The notes beneath the pieces were generated by a model that was given only the letters and a program-made list of their open reading frames with translations, was not told where the DNA came from and made no database searches. From contig NW_024704743.1 in the NCBI RefSeq assembly GCF_018977255.1, forward strand, positions 92,506,001 through 92,570,000: 64,000 nt of DNA, given 5' to 3'. A program made the translations under genes and the position numbers. Origin of the DNA: Callorhinchus milii. Lineage: Eukaryota. Positions 14,075-26,688 of this stretch are shown here, piece after piece (position 1 is the stretch's first letter; each line of letters begins with the position of its first letter).

Positions 14075-14770
14075 TCAGAACTATAGAAATGTACAACATA
14101 GTATGAGTCTGTTCAGTCCATAATTGTGTCGGTATTTGCTCCTTGAAGAAGGCATCCATCCTAATCCCAATTCCCTGTTCCCTTCCCCATATCTTTTAAT
14201 ACCCTTCATCTGCATATGCCTGTACAATTCTGTTTTAATTATCCCAATTGACTCTACTCTAACAAGCTCACATGCCTAATTATTCTATACTCTGTCAGAC
14301 TCTGGAACAAGAAGTTTGACTGAACCTCTCTTTTTTGGCCAGACAGGTTGGCCACCACTGGTCTTGATTAACACTCCAATACATTACTGGGAGTGCTGCC
14401 TTGCAAAAAGTGTCCTTTGGATGTTCTTCTTTCAGGTGGCTATTAAAGATCCTATAACACTATTTGAAAAGAGAAGGGAAATTTTCCTGTGTTCTGGTTA
14501 ATAATTCTCCAGATAAGTTGGTTATTCACTTTGTATCTGTTTGTGGGTCATTGCTGTGTGCAAATTGGTTGAATCATGTGTCTGTAACTGCAATCACATT
14601 TTACAGAAATTTTCTGCAAAGTGCTTTCTGATGTTTCAATGTAATAATGTTCCTTACATTTGATATAGCGCCTTATCAGGTTCCAAAAGTGCTTTGTAAG
14701 ATTTTACTGTAACGTGTAGTGATTGCTTATCTGTATGCGAATATAATAAGTGCTAAATTAAATGCAAGTA
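14075..14770. mobile_element. Old CR1 3' remnant (minus) followed by a DeuSINE-like remnant (plus) and a SINE tail
   Basis: ATAGAA tail-type repeat at ~14080; TCAGGTGGCTATTAAAGATCCTATAACACTATTTGAAAAGAGAAGGG Deu-like block at ~14432-14480. Confidence 0.65.
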
Positions 14771-15139
14771 CTGATCGTATTAAAAATATACCCACTGTTG
14801 CTTGGTGGGGGACTGGGTGGGGGTCATTATTATCTATGCAGGACAATGCCCATGGTTGAATATTAGGGATGTCCGTAATTGCATTTGAGGATTGGGGAAG
14901 ATTTATACTGAACTTTCAGGAGAGTAAACAGGTGGGAAAATGTCCAAAATAAGACAAAAATTGCATGGTCTTTGAGGCTAGAAATTCCGTGCAGTTCTTT
15001 ATCATCAAAATAATTTCAAAGTAATTAAATTTAAGATGTATTTCAGTAAAATATATATTTAATATATTGCGTGCTGCTGACCGTACCTGGCTTAAATCGA
15101 ACTTAAAGGTCCATTGACAGATCTGGCAGGACCTTATAA

Positions 15140-15965
15140 AATCTTACCTCTCCAACTCCGCTAAATCGTCGTTCCACTCCAAGACAATCTTCGAGGCTAA
15201 GGACAACCCCGGGCTCCTCTTCTCCATCACCAACCAGCTCCTCAACCACACTCTCACGCCTCGCCCATCCTCATCTCCAATGCCAACAGTAAGGCGATGC
15301 TGGATTACCTCCGCAATATCACCTGGCTCCACCACTGTCTCACACCACAAACTGCCGAAACCCTTATAAACACATTCATAACATCGAGGCTTAACTATGC
15401 AAACTCCTTGCTTGTTGGCCTCCCCAACTCCTCCCTCCATAGGCCGCAGATCATCCAGAATTCTGCAGCCTGTGTCCCCTCCCGCACCAGGATCCGTGAC
15501 CCTATTACCCCTTCCTTGCCTGACTCCACTGGCTTCCCATTCTCCAGAATATAGAATTCAAGATCCTTGTCCTTACTTTCAAAGCCATCTATGGCCTTGC
15601 CCCTCCTACCTCTCTGACCTACTGACTCCCTACAACCTGCCCACTTCGATTCAGAGGGCTCCGGCCTGCTCCATGTCTCACGTCCGACTCGCCTTACCAT
15701 TGGTGGCTGGGCTTTCAGCCTCTCTGCCCCCACACTCTGGAATGCCATCCCACAATCCCTTCATCTCGCTTCCTCCCTTGCCTCCTTCAAGGTTGGTCTC
15801 AAGACCCTCTTCTTCAATCGTACCTTCAGTCACCCTCCACCTCTCTGCCTTCCCTCACCCCTACCCCACCCCTTCCCGATGCTCGGGTCTTGATCCCCTG
15901 ACTGTCCAGCGCCTTGGGCCATTTTCCTGACGTGGAAGGCGCTCTATAAATGTAATTTTGTTGTT
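15140..15965 (+). mobile_element. L2-clade LINE fragment with a large internal deletion
   Basis: Pre-RT segment (AKDNPGLLFSITN) is joined directly to the C-terminal TAETLINTFITSRLNY and QIIQNSAA; L2 stem-loop and TTGTTGTT end. Confidence 0.92.
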
Positions 15966-16902
15966 AATATTGTTAAAAATACAATGCAATAATGAGCATT
16001 TTGTGAAGATTGCGCTCCATTCCTGATAATTATGGATTGGTTTTCGAGCTGAACATTCCCAGTCTGAATGGCTTGGTTGAAATCCAAGCCACCATTGTTG
16101 TAGCCATTCACAAGTATCTCATTTTAGATCCAATTATTTCAAAAATCATTTTGCCATGGGCTAAGTTGTTGTACAGATAATTCTGCAAATTGCCAGTAGG
16201 AGAAAGAGACAGAAAACTAAATTTTAGTAGAGGTGCCAATGCTTGATAAGTAAGGGCCAAGGCAGGAACAAATTATGAATTGATGAAAGTATATTTATCT
16301 CAGGACTTTGCCGTTCTGGTGGTATTTACACTGTACCAGGTTTGAATAAACATGTGTTTGTACTGTTAGAAGGATTTAAGATGAATGTACAGGTCTCATA
16401 TATAATTGTACAATTTCTGACTTTCCAATTATAGTGAAATCCAATGCTGTCACTTACAATTTTACAAAGGAAGTCACGCTGACAAAAAGGGGAAACTTGT
16501 GATGGCATATTTGACAGCAAAATAAGTGATATTAGTCATTGGGGATCAAGTCATGATACCCAATGAGTGACATTTCATAACTGTTTTGAAAAATAATGAA
16601 TGGTTGCATCATTACGAATGTTAATAACAAAGTATTAATTGCTTGGTTATGCCCCAGTGCTAGTTTACTCAATGATTTCCATACTTTGAACAGCTTTTTC
16701 ATCAATGTATTGCAGCTTCCGGATGTAACAAGATTGTATCAAGCAGGTATAGAAGGGTAAAACATGTTGGTTTGGTAAACATTTTACAAAGCAAAAAGTG
16801 ATGTTGGGAGGGATCTAATGACCTGAAGTCGGCAATTTTTAGCTTCCCTGCTTTAAAAAAAGAGGAATTAAGGAATTCCAATATAATCCTATCAATTCCC
16901 AT

Positions 16903-18808
16903 CAAACATCATACTGGAGGCCAACAATAACTCCAAAATCCTATTCTCCACCGCCCACCACCTCCCACCTTTTCCATGCGCCCCCTCAAGCACGCTCAAT
17001 CATCACATTTAATGCCAAGTGTGAAGAGGCCATGGACTTCCTTTCCTCTAAAATTGACAACATCCACCTGGCAGCTTCAATCCTCTGCACCATGTCGCCT
17101 ACCACCACCCACTTTCCGTCTCCCTCAACCGCTTGCCCTTAGCTCCTACCACGGTCCTAGTCTTACATTCATTTGCCCCCATCTCTCCTTCCTCCAACTC
17201 ATAAGCTATCAACATAATGAAACCCACCACCTGCTGCCTCGAGCCCCTCCCCACCCAACTGCTTATCACTCAGCACCCCCTCCTCTACCCACTGCTGGCA
17301 GGCACTATTAACCACTCTTTCTCCTCTGGATCAGTCCCACTCGCCCTCAAAACCGCGATCATCACACCCCCACCCTTAAAAAACCTACCCTTGATCCCTC
17401 CAACCTCGGCTAATACCACCCTATCTCAAACCTGCCCTTCCTTGCCAAAGCTCTGGAACGAGTTGTTGCCAATCAACTTCACGCACACCACTCACTTCAC
17501 ACCCTAATTGAACCCCTCCAGTCCGGTTTCCACCCAGCCCACAGTACAGAGACAGCGCTCGTGAAGGTCACAAACGATATCCTCTCTCTGTGACCAGGGT
17601 TCCTTCTGCCTCCTCGTCCTCCTGGACCTCTCCGCTGCATTCGACACAGTCGATCACAACATCCTCCTCCACTGCCTGTCCTCCATCATCCACCTCAGTG
17701 GGACCGCACTCGCCTGGTTTGAGTCCTACGTTACAAACCACAAGCACTAAATTTCTGCAAATGGCTTTTTTTCGTGCTTCCACCCGGTCACCTGTGGGGT
17801 ACCCCAAGGATCCATCCTTGGCCCCCTTCTCTTCCTTATCTATATATTCCCTCTTGGTGATGTCATCCGCAGACATGGGGTTAACTTCCACATGTATTCG
17901 GATGACACTCAACTCTACTTTTTCACCTCCAGCTGCGACCCCCAGTCCCTTGATGTTCCATCAGCTTGTCTGTCAGACATCAAGAGCTGGATGAGAGCAA
18001 ATTCCTGCAGTTAAAAATCAGCAAGATGGAAGCCAATACTCTGGCTCCCACCGACATCTTCTGTCCCACGGTTCCAACCTCCTCGACCTGTCCTTAAAAT
18101 TCACTGAACCCGTGCGCTACTTAGGCATCAGGTTCGATCCCCATTTATCCTTCCTCCTCCACATCCAGTCCCTGACCAGAACCGCTTTCTTCCATCTCTG
18201 TCGCATTGCTTGTCTCCGACAATACCTCACCCTAAAGCTGCCAAAACCCTTGTCCAGGCCGTTGTCACCTCTCAGCTGGACTACTCTAATGCCCTCCTTG
18301 CTTGTCTCCCCTCCTCCACTATTCACAAAATCCAGCTCATTCAAAACTCCTCCGCCGGCATTCTCACCAAACTTTGTACCGCGATTACTCCAGTCCTTGC
18401 CAAACTCCACTGGCTCCCTGTCACAGAGCAGACAACTTCAAGATCTTCATTCTAGTGTTTAAATCTCTCCATTCTTTGGCACCACCCTATCTCTCTAACC
18501 TCCTCTCTCCCCACAGCAGTACCCGCTGCCTCCGCTCCACTGGATCCTCTGCATCCCGCGAATCCTCCGCTCCACCATGAACAGCCTTGCCTTCAGCCAC
18601 TTCGCCCCAAAACTTTGGAATTCCCTCCTCAACCTCTTTGCCTCGTCCCCTCCTTCCCCTTCTTCAGGTCGTGCCTGAAGACCTTCCTTTTCGACTGTGT
18701 CTACGGTCACCTTCCCCCTCCCCCTGGCTCGGCCTTGGGCTCCACCATTGTTAAGTGCTCTGAAATGGGCTCGGCATGGAGGGCACTATGTAACTGCAAG
18801 TTGTTGTT
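16903..18808 (+). mobile_element. L2-clade LINE, 5'-truncated, degenerate RT
   Basis: DNA encodes [39 protein letters not shown] and LHWLP across frameshifts; ends GCAAGTTGTTGTT. Confidence 0.95.
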
Positions 18809-18931
18809 ATCAACCTGGAGGAACACTGTTCCCAAAGTAGAAGACATTAAAGTGGAGTTCCCAGAAGAAGAAGGCTCTACTTTGAGATACTGGTATAGGT
18901 CCACGATTCTTGTTAAGGAATCCCATCACAG

Positions 18932-21110
18932 AACAACAACAACAACAACAAGATTACATTTGTATAGCGCCTTTCACGTCGGAAGGACGTCTCAAGGCGC
19001 TGGACAGTGTACAGCATTTCAGACCCGAGCTGGGGTCAGGGAGGGAGAAGGGAGGGGAGGGCAAGGGGAGTGGCTGATGGCATGGTCAAAGAGGAGGGTT
19101 TTGAGGTAGGACTTGAAGGAGGCTAAGGAGAGGGCAAGGCGGAGTGGTTGGGGGATGGAATTCCAGAGGTTGGAGGCAGAGTGGCTGAAGGCTCTCCCGC
19201 CAATGGTGGGGCGGGTGGGGCGGGGGACATGGAGCAAGCAGGAGCCGGCTGAGCGGAGGAAGCGAACGGTTGGTAGGGGATTAGGAGGTCGCAGAGGTAG
19301 GGTGGGGTGAGGCCATGGAGGGTTTTATAGGTGAGGACTAGGATCTTGAACTGGATCCTCTGAAGAATAGGGAGCCAATGGAGTTGGGTGAGAATGGGGG
19401 AGATGGGGTCACGGATTTTGGTGCGGGAGAGGACACGGGCTGCAGAATTCTGGATTATCTGGAGATGAGGGAGGCAGAGCGGGTCAAGACTTAGATGTGG
19501 GGAAGAAAAGACAGTTGAGGGTTGAACAAGACACGTAGGTTCCTGACTGGCTTGGTGAGTTGTAGTGTGCAACCATGGAGGTTGATGCTGCCAGAGCCTG
19601 AGGTGCAGAGGTACTGGCGTGAGTCAATCAGGAGGGCCTCAGTCTTGTTCACATTCAATTGTAGGAAATTTGCCCTCATCCAGGACTTGATGTCTGAGAG
19701 GCAGTCTGTCAGGACAGTAGTGATCCTGGAGTTGAGAGTGGAGGCAGAAAGATAGAGTTGGGTGTCATCTGCATACATATGGAAGTTGACCCCATGTCTG
19801 CAGATGATGTCACCAAGGGGGAGCATGTAGATATTAAAGAGGAGAGGGCCAAGGACAGAGCCCTGGGGACGCCAGACGTAACAGTGCGGGGGCTAGAGGA
19901 GAAACCGTTAGAGGTAACAAAGTGGAGACGGTGAGAGAGATAGGAATCAAACCAGGCAAGAGCAGGTCCGCGAAGATTGAGTAAAGAGGAGAGGCGGTGT
20001 ATGAGGATGGAGTGGTCGACAGTGTAGAAGGCGGCAGAGAGGTCGAGGAGGACAAGGAGGCAGAGAGAGCCCCGATCACAGATGTTCAGAATGTCATTAG
20101 TGACTTTGACCAGGGCTGTTTCTGTGCTGTGAGCAGCGCGGAAGCCGGATTGGAGGTTCAAAGAGGGAATGGCGAGAAAGAAAGGAGCGGAGCGGGACAC
20201 GACAACTCGTTCCAGGACCTTGGGGAGCAATGGGAGGTTAGAGATGGGGCAGTAGCTAGAGAGGACTTCTAGCTCTCTAGAGAGGAAGAATCGGTCCAGG
20301 GAAGGTTTTTTCAGGATGGGGGTGAAGACAGCTGTTTTTAGGGGGATGGGAACTGTACCAGTAGACAAGGAGAGGTTGATGACATTGGACATGATAGGGG
20401 CCAGAAGGTGGAGCTGGGAGATGAGGAGAGAGGTGGGGATGGGATCGAAGGAGTATAGGGGGGGATGGGTGGTAGGGGTGGACGGGGCAGAGGTGGCTGA
20501 ACTTATCCCCTTGATTTTGGATTTGAGGAACTCCAGAATCTCCTCACAGGTGAAGTTTGAGGAGAGGATGGACGAGGCATGAGAAGGTGGATGGAGGAGA
20601 CAGTTTGTGATGGAAAAGAGAAGCCTAGGGTTGTCCTTTATCTCCAAGATAACCTTGGAGTAGAAGGAGGATTTGGCGGAGGCAAAAGCACAGCGGTAGG
20701 TCTTGGTATGGGAAGCCAAATCTGCCGATGGATTTGGTCCAGGCGCGTTCGGCAGCTTGCACCTGTGCCTTGAGGGAACGGAGATGGCTGGTGTACCAGA
20801 GGGATTTACGGGAGTATGAGGCAATTCAGGAGGTGAGGGGGGCAAGGGAGTCCAGAATGGAGGAGAGGGAGTTGTGGAGAAAAGAGTGCGAGGAGGGGAG
20901 ATCGATCAGGGAGGGCCAGAGGTGTAGATGTTCAGATGACTCCAGGGCAGTGGAGAAGGAGGAATTTTTTTTCCACGGATGGTATGTGATGGTAGAGGGT
21001 TGAAAAAGGGGAAGAGGTACTGAGGTGTTGAGGGATATGAAGTGGTATCCGAAATAGCTTTGTTTGATGATGGTGATGTCTGAGACGATGAGATCCCGGG
21101 TGATCATCAG
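18932..21110 (-). mobile_element. L2-clade LINE, 5'-truncated, degenerate endonuclease end plus RT
   Basis: Minus ORFs give [55 protein letters not shown] and LHWLP; (CAA)n tail on the plus strand at ~18932-18951. Confidence 0.95.
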
Positions 21111-22377
21111 ATCAAGTGAATTATACCAATTAGATTAAAATATTCCGCAGCAAGATATAAAGTGCAAAAACTTCCTTTAACTTCAAATTGAATGTCCTTG
21201 AGATGCTTCCTAGAATTTAATTAGCATGCAGATAATAGCTTCATATTGACTGGATACCTTTAGTAAATAATCAATAATCACAACAAAATCTTTTTCCTAT
21301 GCAGTTCTGGTAATATTTACTGTTTCTTTGTCCAATATTCATGACCTTCCATTCACTTACTTTGAATCAAATTGCTACCCCTTAATCCACCTGGTAACTG
21401 GTCCAGATCTGCCTCAATAGTCTTTACCCTCCTTATATTAATTGGATGCCTAAATCTTACAATGATCAAAATCTAGAAGATTACAAAAAACATTTCTCCT
21501 CCAGATCATTTATGAATCTTTGGGCCAATATTTCATCTAGGTTGAGATTTATTCTATTTAATATTTCAGAGTTTTCAGAATATGGCAAATTCTTAAACAA
21601 AAAAGTCTTTAATTTTAAGCAGGTTTTCTGTAAATTCTTTTTGATAGAGTAATTCTAGACTCAGGTGGAATTCCTCCTCTATTGTCATCAGTGGAGAGGT
21701 GAGAACAGACTGAACGTCACTGGTCACTGCTCACACACAGAGCTTTTTCAATTTATCATCACTAATTCTTTACTATTGTGAGGGTGTTTTCAATGAATGT
21801 ACATTCCATGCGTTGTCAGTTTCTTTAAAAGTTTTATGTATAGAAAGCTTTAATCTGTATATAACATACCTAGTTTAGGAGTAGTTAATGTGCACTGTGT
21901 GCTGGAAGTAAAACACATTCCCATTTTACCCTCATCTCTCTCTCCCAAGTTGTTTCAGACAGGGAAGTGGAATGCCCTAACAAGTAATGATTTAAGGATA
22001 GAGTCCCTTATGGATTGCTGAAGAAACATAAACAGGTTATAATTTCATGTCAGGAGAAAAAGTTAAGTATTCAAGGCAATCTGCTTAATTTGATATATAC
22101 GTCTACAGAACAGAGGTATTGATTAAGTTTGCATGACATAAACATTTTAGGTGTATCATGTGAGCAATGAATTCATCTGAACAAGTTTGATAGACACTTA
22201 GCCCGTGGGTGTATTGCTAATATAATATTGTCGTATCACCACTCCATGTGTGAACACCTCTGCGTATCCATGCATTTCTGGAGAATTCCAAAAAGTTGAA
22301 CACTTGCATAAAAGATCCACAACATGGGGTGAAAAGACTGATAGTGCTGAAATATCAAATCACAAAATGCAGCAACA

Positions 22378-22426
22378 TCAATATCCAGCTGGTAAGCAGC
22401 CAACATAAGTGGATCCATTATATAAT
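22378..22426 (-). other. Candidate terminal coding segment of an unidentified minus-strand transcript
   Basis: Strong acceptor TTTTTCTGTTTCAG; phase-2 reading (R)LYNGSTYVGCLPAGY-stop. No recognised homology. Confidence 0.15.
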
Positions 22427-24324
22427 CTGAAACAGAAAAACAGACTCTGAGGCAGCGCCAAAGAAGTCATACTGAATTAATTCGATGGATGCTCAGGTAA
22501 GAGCATCATTGTTGATGCATTTTCGGATACTATTTTTAATATATTTTGAGGGGGAAATAATTTCCTTCCACGGTCCTCATGCTTTAGTTTATAGCAACCA
22601 GTGTTGTCATCATTTTTAGCGTCTGTGTCTGCATTGCAGAAATTTCCAAGGACTGAGCTCAGCACTGGTGCAGGCTGTAATGACATTACGTTTTTGTGAG
22701 TAATATGAGGGATGACATAGTGGAAGAGATTGACCGAGTCACAACTGCAGATTCCAATGCCATCCTTCACAGATGGAAAAAGCAATAAACACAAGGTTGA
22801 GGCAAAAACAAGTTGGCTGAATAAAAGTGCCATTCTGAGATAAACGCCTTTCAATTATTTAAAAGAAGAAAGATTTGAAAGGGATAATGCTACATGGTTT
22901 CAAACCATCTGTCGTCAGATTACTGAAAGCACAGTTTTATTTTAGTCAGTGTATAAAGGATGTGAGTTTGTCCCCGTTGGCTACTGGTGGTTGCTTTTAA
23001 GAAACAGAGCCTCAAAGCTACAATCTTCATATTCAATTCTGAATAATGAAGACTGAATTAAAAAAAATTCTGTAACCCCGATGCATGATTTTTTAAATGT
23101 AATTCTTACTGAGTGCTTTCAACAGCAAATCTTAAGCTGATGCACACAATCAATTCTTCCATTTTGGGACATAAATTAATAAAAATTCCTGCATTTTGAT
23201 CCTTGCATTAAATTACAGATACGGAAAACACTTGAAATTAAATGGGGTGAAAATTGCAATGTGTGATATGTTAATTAACACAGATTGTCTGGTTTGTAGG
23301 TTTGCTGGAGGAGAATTCCGCCCCCCCCGCCCCCCACCCCCCCCATCCGCCAAACACCATTCATAATAGTTATACTCATTATCCAGCTACGCACTGGGCT
23401 GCCAGTTACTATATATTTTTAACCATTTGTAGACAGTACTTCCTGCAGCCATACTATAGAAGGGAATACACATCAAAGTTCTATGAATAATCAAGAAAGA
23501 TGTATTATAATTTGTCAATATCAGTTTAGAGACCATCCAGTGACGAGACATATTGGCAAAAGAAAGAGGAAGAAGAATAAGCAATGTAGCAAATTAAGGA
23601 AACATCATGGCAGGAAGGAGAGTTCGGACGCATCCCTTCAGGTGGAGGAACGTACTGGATTGCTAGTCTTAGTTGAAGACGCCAAGGAAATGGGATGTTC
23701 AGAAACTTCAATCTCTGCAGACCTCCAGAGCCCCATCAAAGGGACCTTGAGCTAGATTCAGACCTGAGATAAAGCAATAAAGCCTCATGCACAGTACTCC
23801 GGATTGAAGACCAGAGAACCTCACATTTATTTTCCAGAGAGCCAGAAGGCAAACTGGATTCATAAATATTACATCTTGCCAGGAACTGAATGTGTGTCAT
23901 TTAACCCATGGGAACCTTGCTCCTGAGATGTACTTACAGAACTGTGCGAACAGTCTTTGTTTATTGTCAGGATTCAATACAATAGAATGGCACAGATATG
24001 CTTGATGACTACTGGCATGTCAGTTTAAAATAATAATAAATAATAATCCTTGTTATCCATATCCATTGAAGAGGTGCGATACCAGCAAATAAAATTGCAC
24101 ACACCCAAAGTGACCAGGTCAGTATTTATGGTAAATTGCACCTGTGATCTGACAACACAAGATAAATGTTTATTAAGCAGCATTTTACAAGTGCAGTGTA
24201 AGATTAGAGTCAGGGAGAGTGAGCGAGAAACAAAGAAATAGAAGGCTAAACAGTTGAGAAAGTGATCGTCAAAGAAAGAAAAAACATGAAAGACAAAATC
24301 AGAGAAATAGAAGAAGTTAGAGGG

Positions 24325-24382
24325 TGAGAGAGAGAGAGTGAGTGAAATAAAGAGAGAGAGAGAGACACACACACACACACAC
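24325..24382. repeat. Compound (GA)n/(CA)n microsatellite
   Basis: GAGAGAGAGAGAG...AGAGAGAGAGAGAGACACACACACACACACACA read directly. Confidence 0.9.
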
Positions 24383-24589
24383 AAAGAAAGAGATAGAAAA
24401 ATGCAAAAAGGACAGAGAAAATATGGCAGGTAAAGAGAGAGAAGGGCTGTCCCAGAGTGATATTTAGTAACACTGTAACTCCTGATGCAAGATGTTTTTG
24501 GTTAGCAAGTTTATATTTTGTATGATGGCCCATTGTGCCTGACAATTAGTGCAAATAAAAGTCTCTGCATTTTCTTTGAAAATCGTCTT

Positions 24590-25923
24590 AGGAATCCTGA
24601 TGCAGCCATCAAGCTGCTGAATGACCATATCTCATCAACCTTTAATTCCCTGGCTCCCCTGAAATCCAGGGCTGTTTCCAAATCCACCCACTTCCCTGGT
24701 ATAAAGGTCATCTCCACTCACTTAAAACCAAAACCTGGACACTTGAGTGTAGATGGCAGAAATCCGGACGTACGATTCACCGCCATCTGTGGCTCGAGCA
24801 CCTCCGCACCTTCCTCCTCTCCCTTTCACAGGCCAAAACCGACTTTTACTCCAAAGTCATGCTGGAGGCCATAGACATTCCATCACCACCTCCTTGTATC
24901 CTCTCAAGTTCCCTCTATCCTCACATGAAACGCCAAGTGCGAAGAGGTACTAGACTTCTTTGCCTCAAAGATTGAAAAGATCTGCTTGACAGAATTATCC
25001 TCCCCCACTTGTCACCTTCCACCCCACTCAGACCATCCACACTACCTTCTCCTTCCGCCACAGCTCCTTCCACTCCCCCCCCTTACACTCCTTTGCCCCC
25101 ATTTCTCAGACCTCCTCCCTCTCAACCACAATCAACTGCATGAAGTTCACCACTCGCTGCCTCAGCCTTTCCCACCCACCCAGTTGCTAGTCACTCAACT
25201 CCCCTTTTCTCCCCCCTGCTGGCCGACACGGTCAACCAGTCTTTCTCCTCAGGCCCTGTTCCACTCCTGCTGAAAATCGCTGTTATCATAGCCCCCTCAA
25301 AAAACAGGGCTCCCTCTGCTTTCTTGTTCTCCTGGATTTCTCTGCTACGTTCAACACAGTCGACCATGCCATCCTCCGCCGCTGTCTCTCCTACCTCATC
25401 CACATAAGTGCCACGCCACTTGCATGGTTTGAGTCCTACTTAACCAACTGACTCCACTTTATCTCAGCAAATGGTTTCTCCCCCCGCCCCCGCCCCCGCC
25501 CGGTCACCTGTAGGGTACCTCAGGGATCCATCCTTGGCCCTCTTGTTTTCCTCATCTATATGCTCCCTCCGGGTGATGTCATCCGCAGACACGGGGTAAA
25601 CTTCCACATTTATGCGGATGACATACAAACCACCGGCACCTCGGCTCGACTGACACCGGCCTCCTGCTTGCCCTCGCACCCTCCACTCCACCATTGGTGG
25701 TCATGCTTTCAGCTACTTCGCTTTGAAACTCTGGAACACTCTCCTTCAATCCCTCCGCCTGCCCTTCTCTCCCCTTTTTCAAGTCCTGCCTGAAAACCTT
25801 CCTTTTCGACCATGCTTACCTTCCCCACCCCACCCCAGCTCGGAGTCAGGCTCTGCCACTGTTAAACAATCTGAGATGCTATCCTACGTGGAGGATGCCA
25901 TATAAATGCAAGCTGTTGTTGTT
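24590..25923 (+). mobile_element. L2-clade LINE with several internal deletions
   Basis: PDAAIKLLNDHISSTFNSLAPLK matches the pre-RT region of the 1262-3725 copy; FHIYADDIQ; terminal GCAAGCTGTTGTTGTT. Confidence 0.92.
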
Positions 25924-26155
25924 TCAATCCCATCGTCTTGATCACATCTGACACCATATGCTTGGAATACATGTTGGTGCTGCACGTACAAGACGAATAA
26001 GATGTGATTGATTTGGGTTTTCTTATTTGAATCTCCAAATTTCTCTCCTCTCTGAGACACTGGAATCTATCAGTATTTTGTGTTATCACTAATTTTAGCA
26101 TTTTTAAAATAAATTTTTAAAAAATTAAAAGGTATATTTATGGTGTAATATGCCA

Positions 26156-26250
26156 AGTATTGCAGGTGCTGGAAATCTGAAACAAAAACAGAAATCCCTG
26201 GGAACACTCAGCAGGTCAGGCGGCATCTAAAAATATTGCCTGACCTGCTA
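26156..26250. mobile_element. Palindromic Penelope-like terminal relic, left copy
   Basis: TGCAGGTGCTGGAAATCTGAAACAAAAACAGAA...AGCAGGTCAGGC followed by the inverted GCCTGACCTGCT. Family assignment is inferred from the related hammerhead-bearing copy at 26515. Confidence 0.6.
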
Positions 26251-26302
26251 TTTATAGTGCAATTTGCCTACAGCGTAAAAAAGATTCTTAGGGTATGATA
26301 GG

Positions 26303-26512
26303 CCATAGAACCATAGAAATTCATAGCACAGAAGAAGGTTATTCGTCTCATCATGTCATTGCCAGCTCCTTTAAGAGCAATCCTTGTAGTCCTAATTTCC
26401 TTTTCCCTATACTCATGTAGCTGACTTTTTAAAGGTCTTTGTCAAGTTCCCTCTTGAAGGCCAATATGGATTCTCATTAACCACTGATGCTGGCAGTGCA
26501 GTCCATATCCTA
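26303..26512 (-). mobile_element. CR1 3' remnant
   Basis: CCATAGAACCATAGAA tail repeat followed by a degenerate CR1 3' UTR and ORF2 end. Confidence 0.7.
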
Positions 26513-26514
26513 AT

Positions 26515-26688
26515 CAAAAACAGAAGTCGCTGGGAACACTCAGAAGGTCAGGCAGCATCTATGGAGAAAGGAAAGTGAATCAACATTTCGGGTCTACAAC
26601 CCTTCGTCAGAACCAGTTCTCAGAACCAGAGTATTCCTAGTGACTTCTGTTTTTGTTTAGATTTCCAGCATCTGCAGTATTTTGCATT
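26515..26688. mobile_element. Palindromic Penelope-like relic carrying a hammerhead-like core
   Basis: Inverted arms AAAAACAGAAGTCGCTGGGAACACTC and GAGTATTCCTAGTGACTTCTGTTTTT flank a minus-strand CTGACGA-stem-GAAA motif. Confidence 0.7.
26575..26616 (-). ncRNA. Degenerate minimal hammerhead ribozyme motif
   Basis: Minus strand CTGACGA A GGGT-TGTAG-ACCC GAAA TGTTG. Core boxes and stem II are intact; stems I and III are degenerate. Confidence 0.55.

Noticed and set aside
19709..20845. Longest ORF in the track (378 aa) and other 100-280-aa ORFs overlapping LINEs
   Set aside because: They are frameshifted L2/CR1 ORF2 pieces or antisense shadows of C-rich LINE sequence; no intact ORF2 and no host gene.
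21300..21450. Minus-strand exon-like segment with a GTAAGT donor (HPINIRRVKTIEADLDQL...)
   Set aside because: Resembles a decayed CR1 RT segment (DLD...KVMNIG pattern) rather than a host exon.
23483..23755. Basic ORF (KRKRKKNK) followed by AATAAA, resembling a terminal exon
   Set aside because: Weak acceptor, no compatible upstream exon found, no recognised homology.
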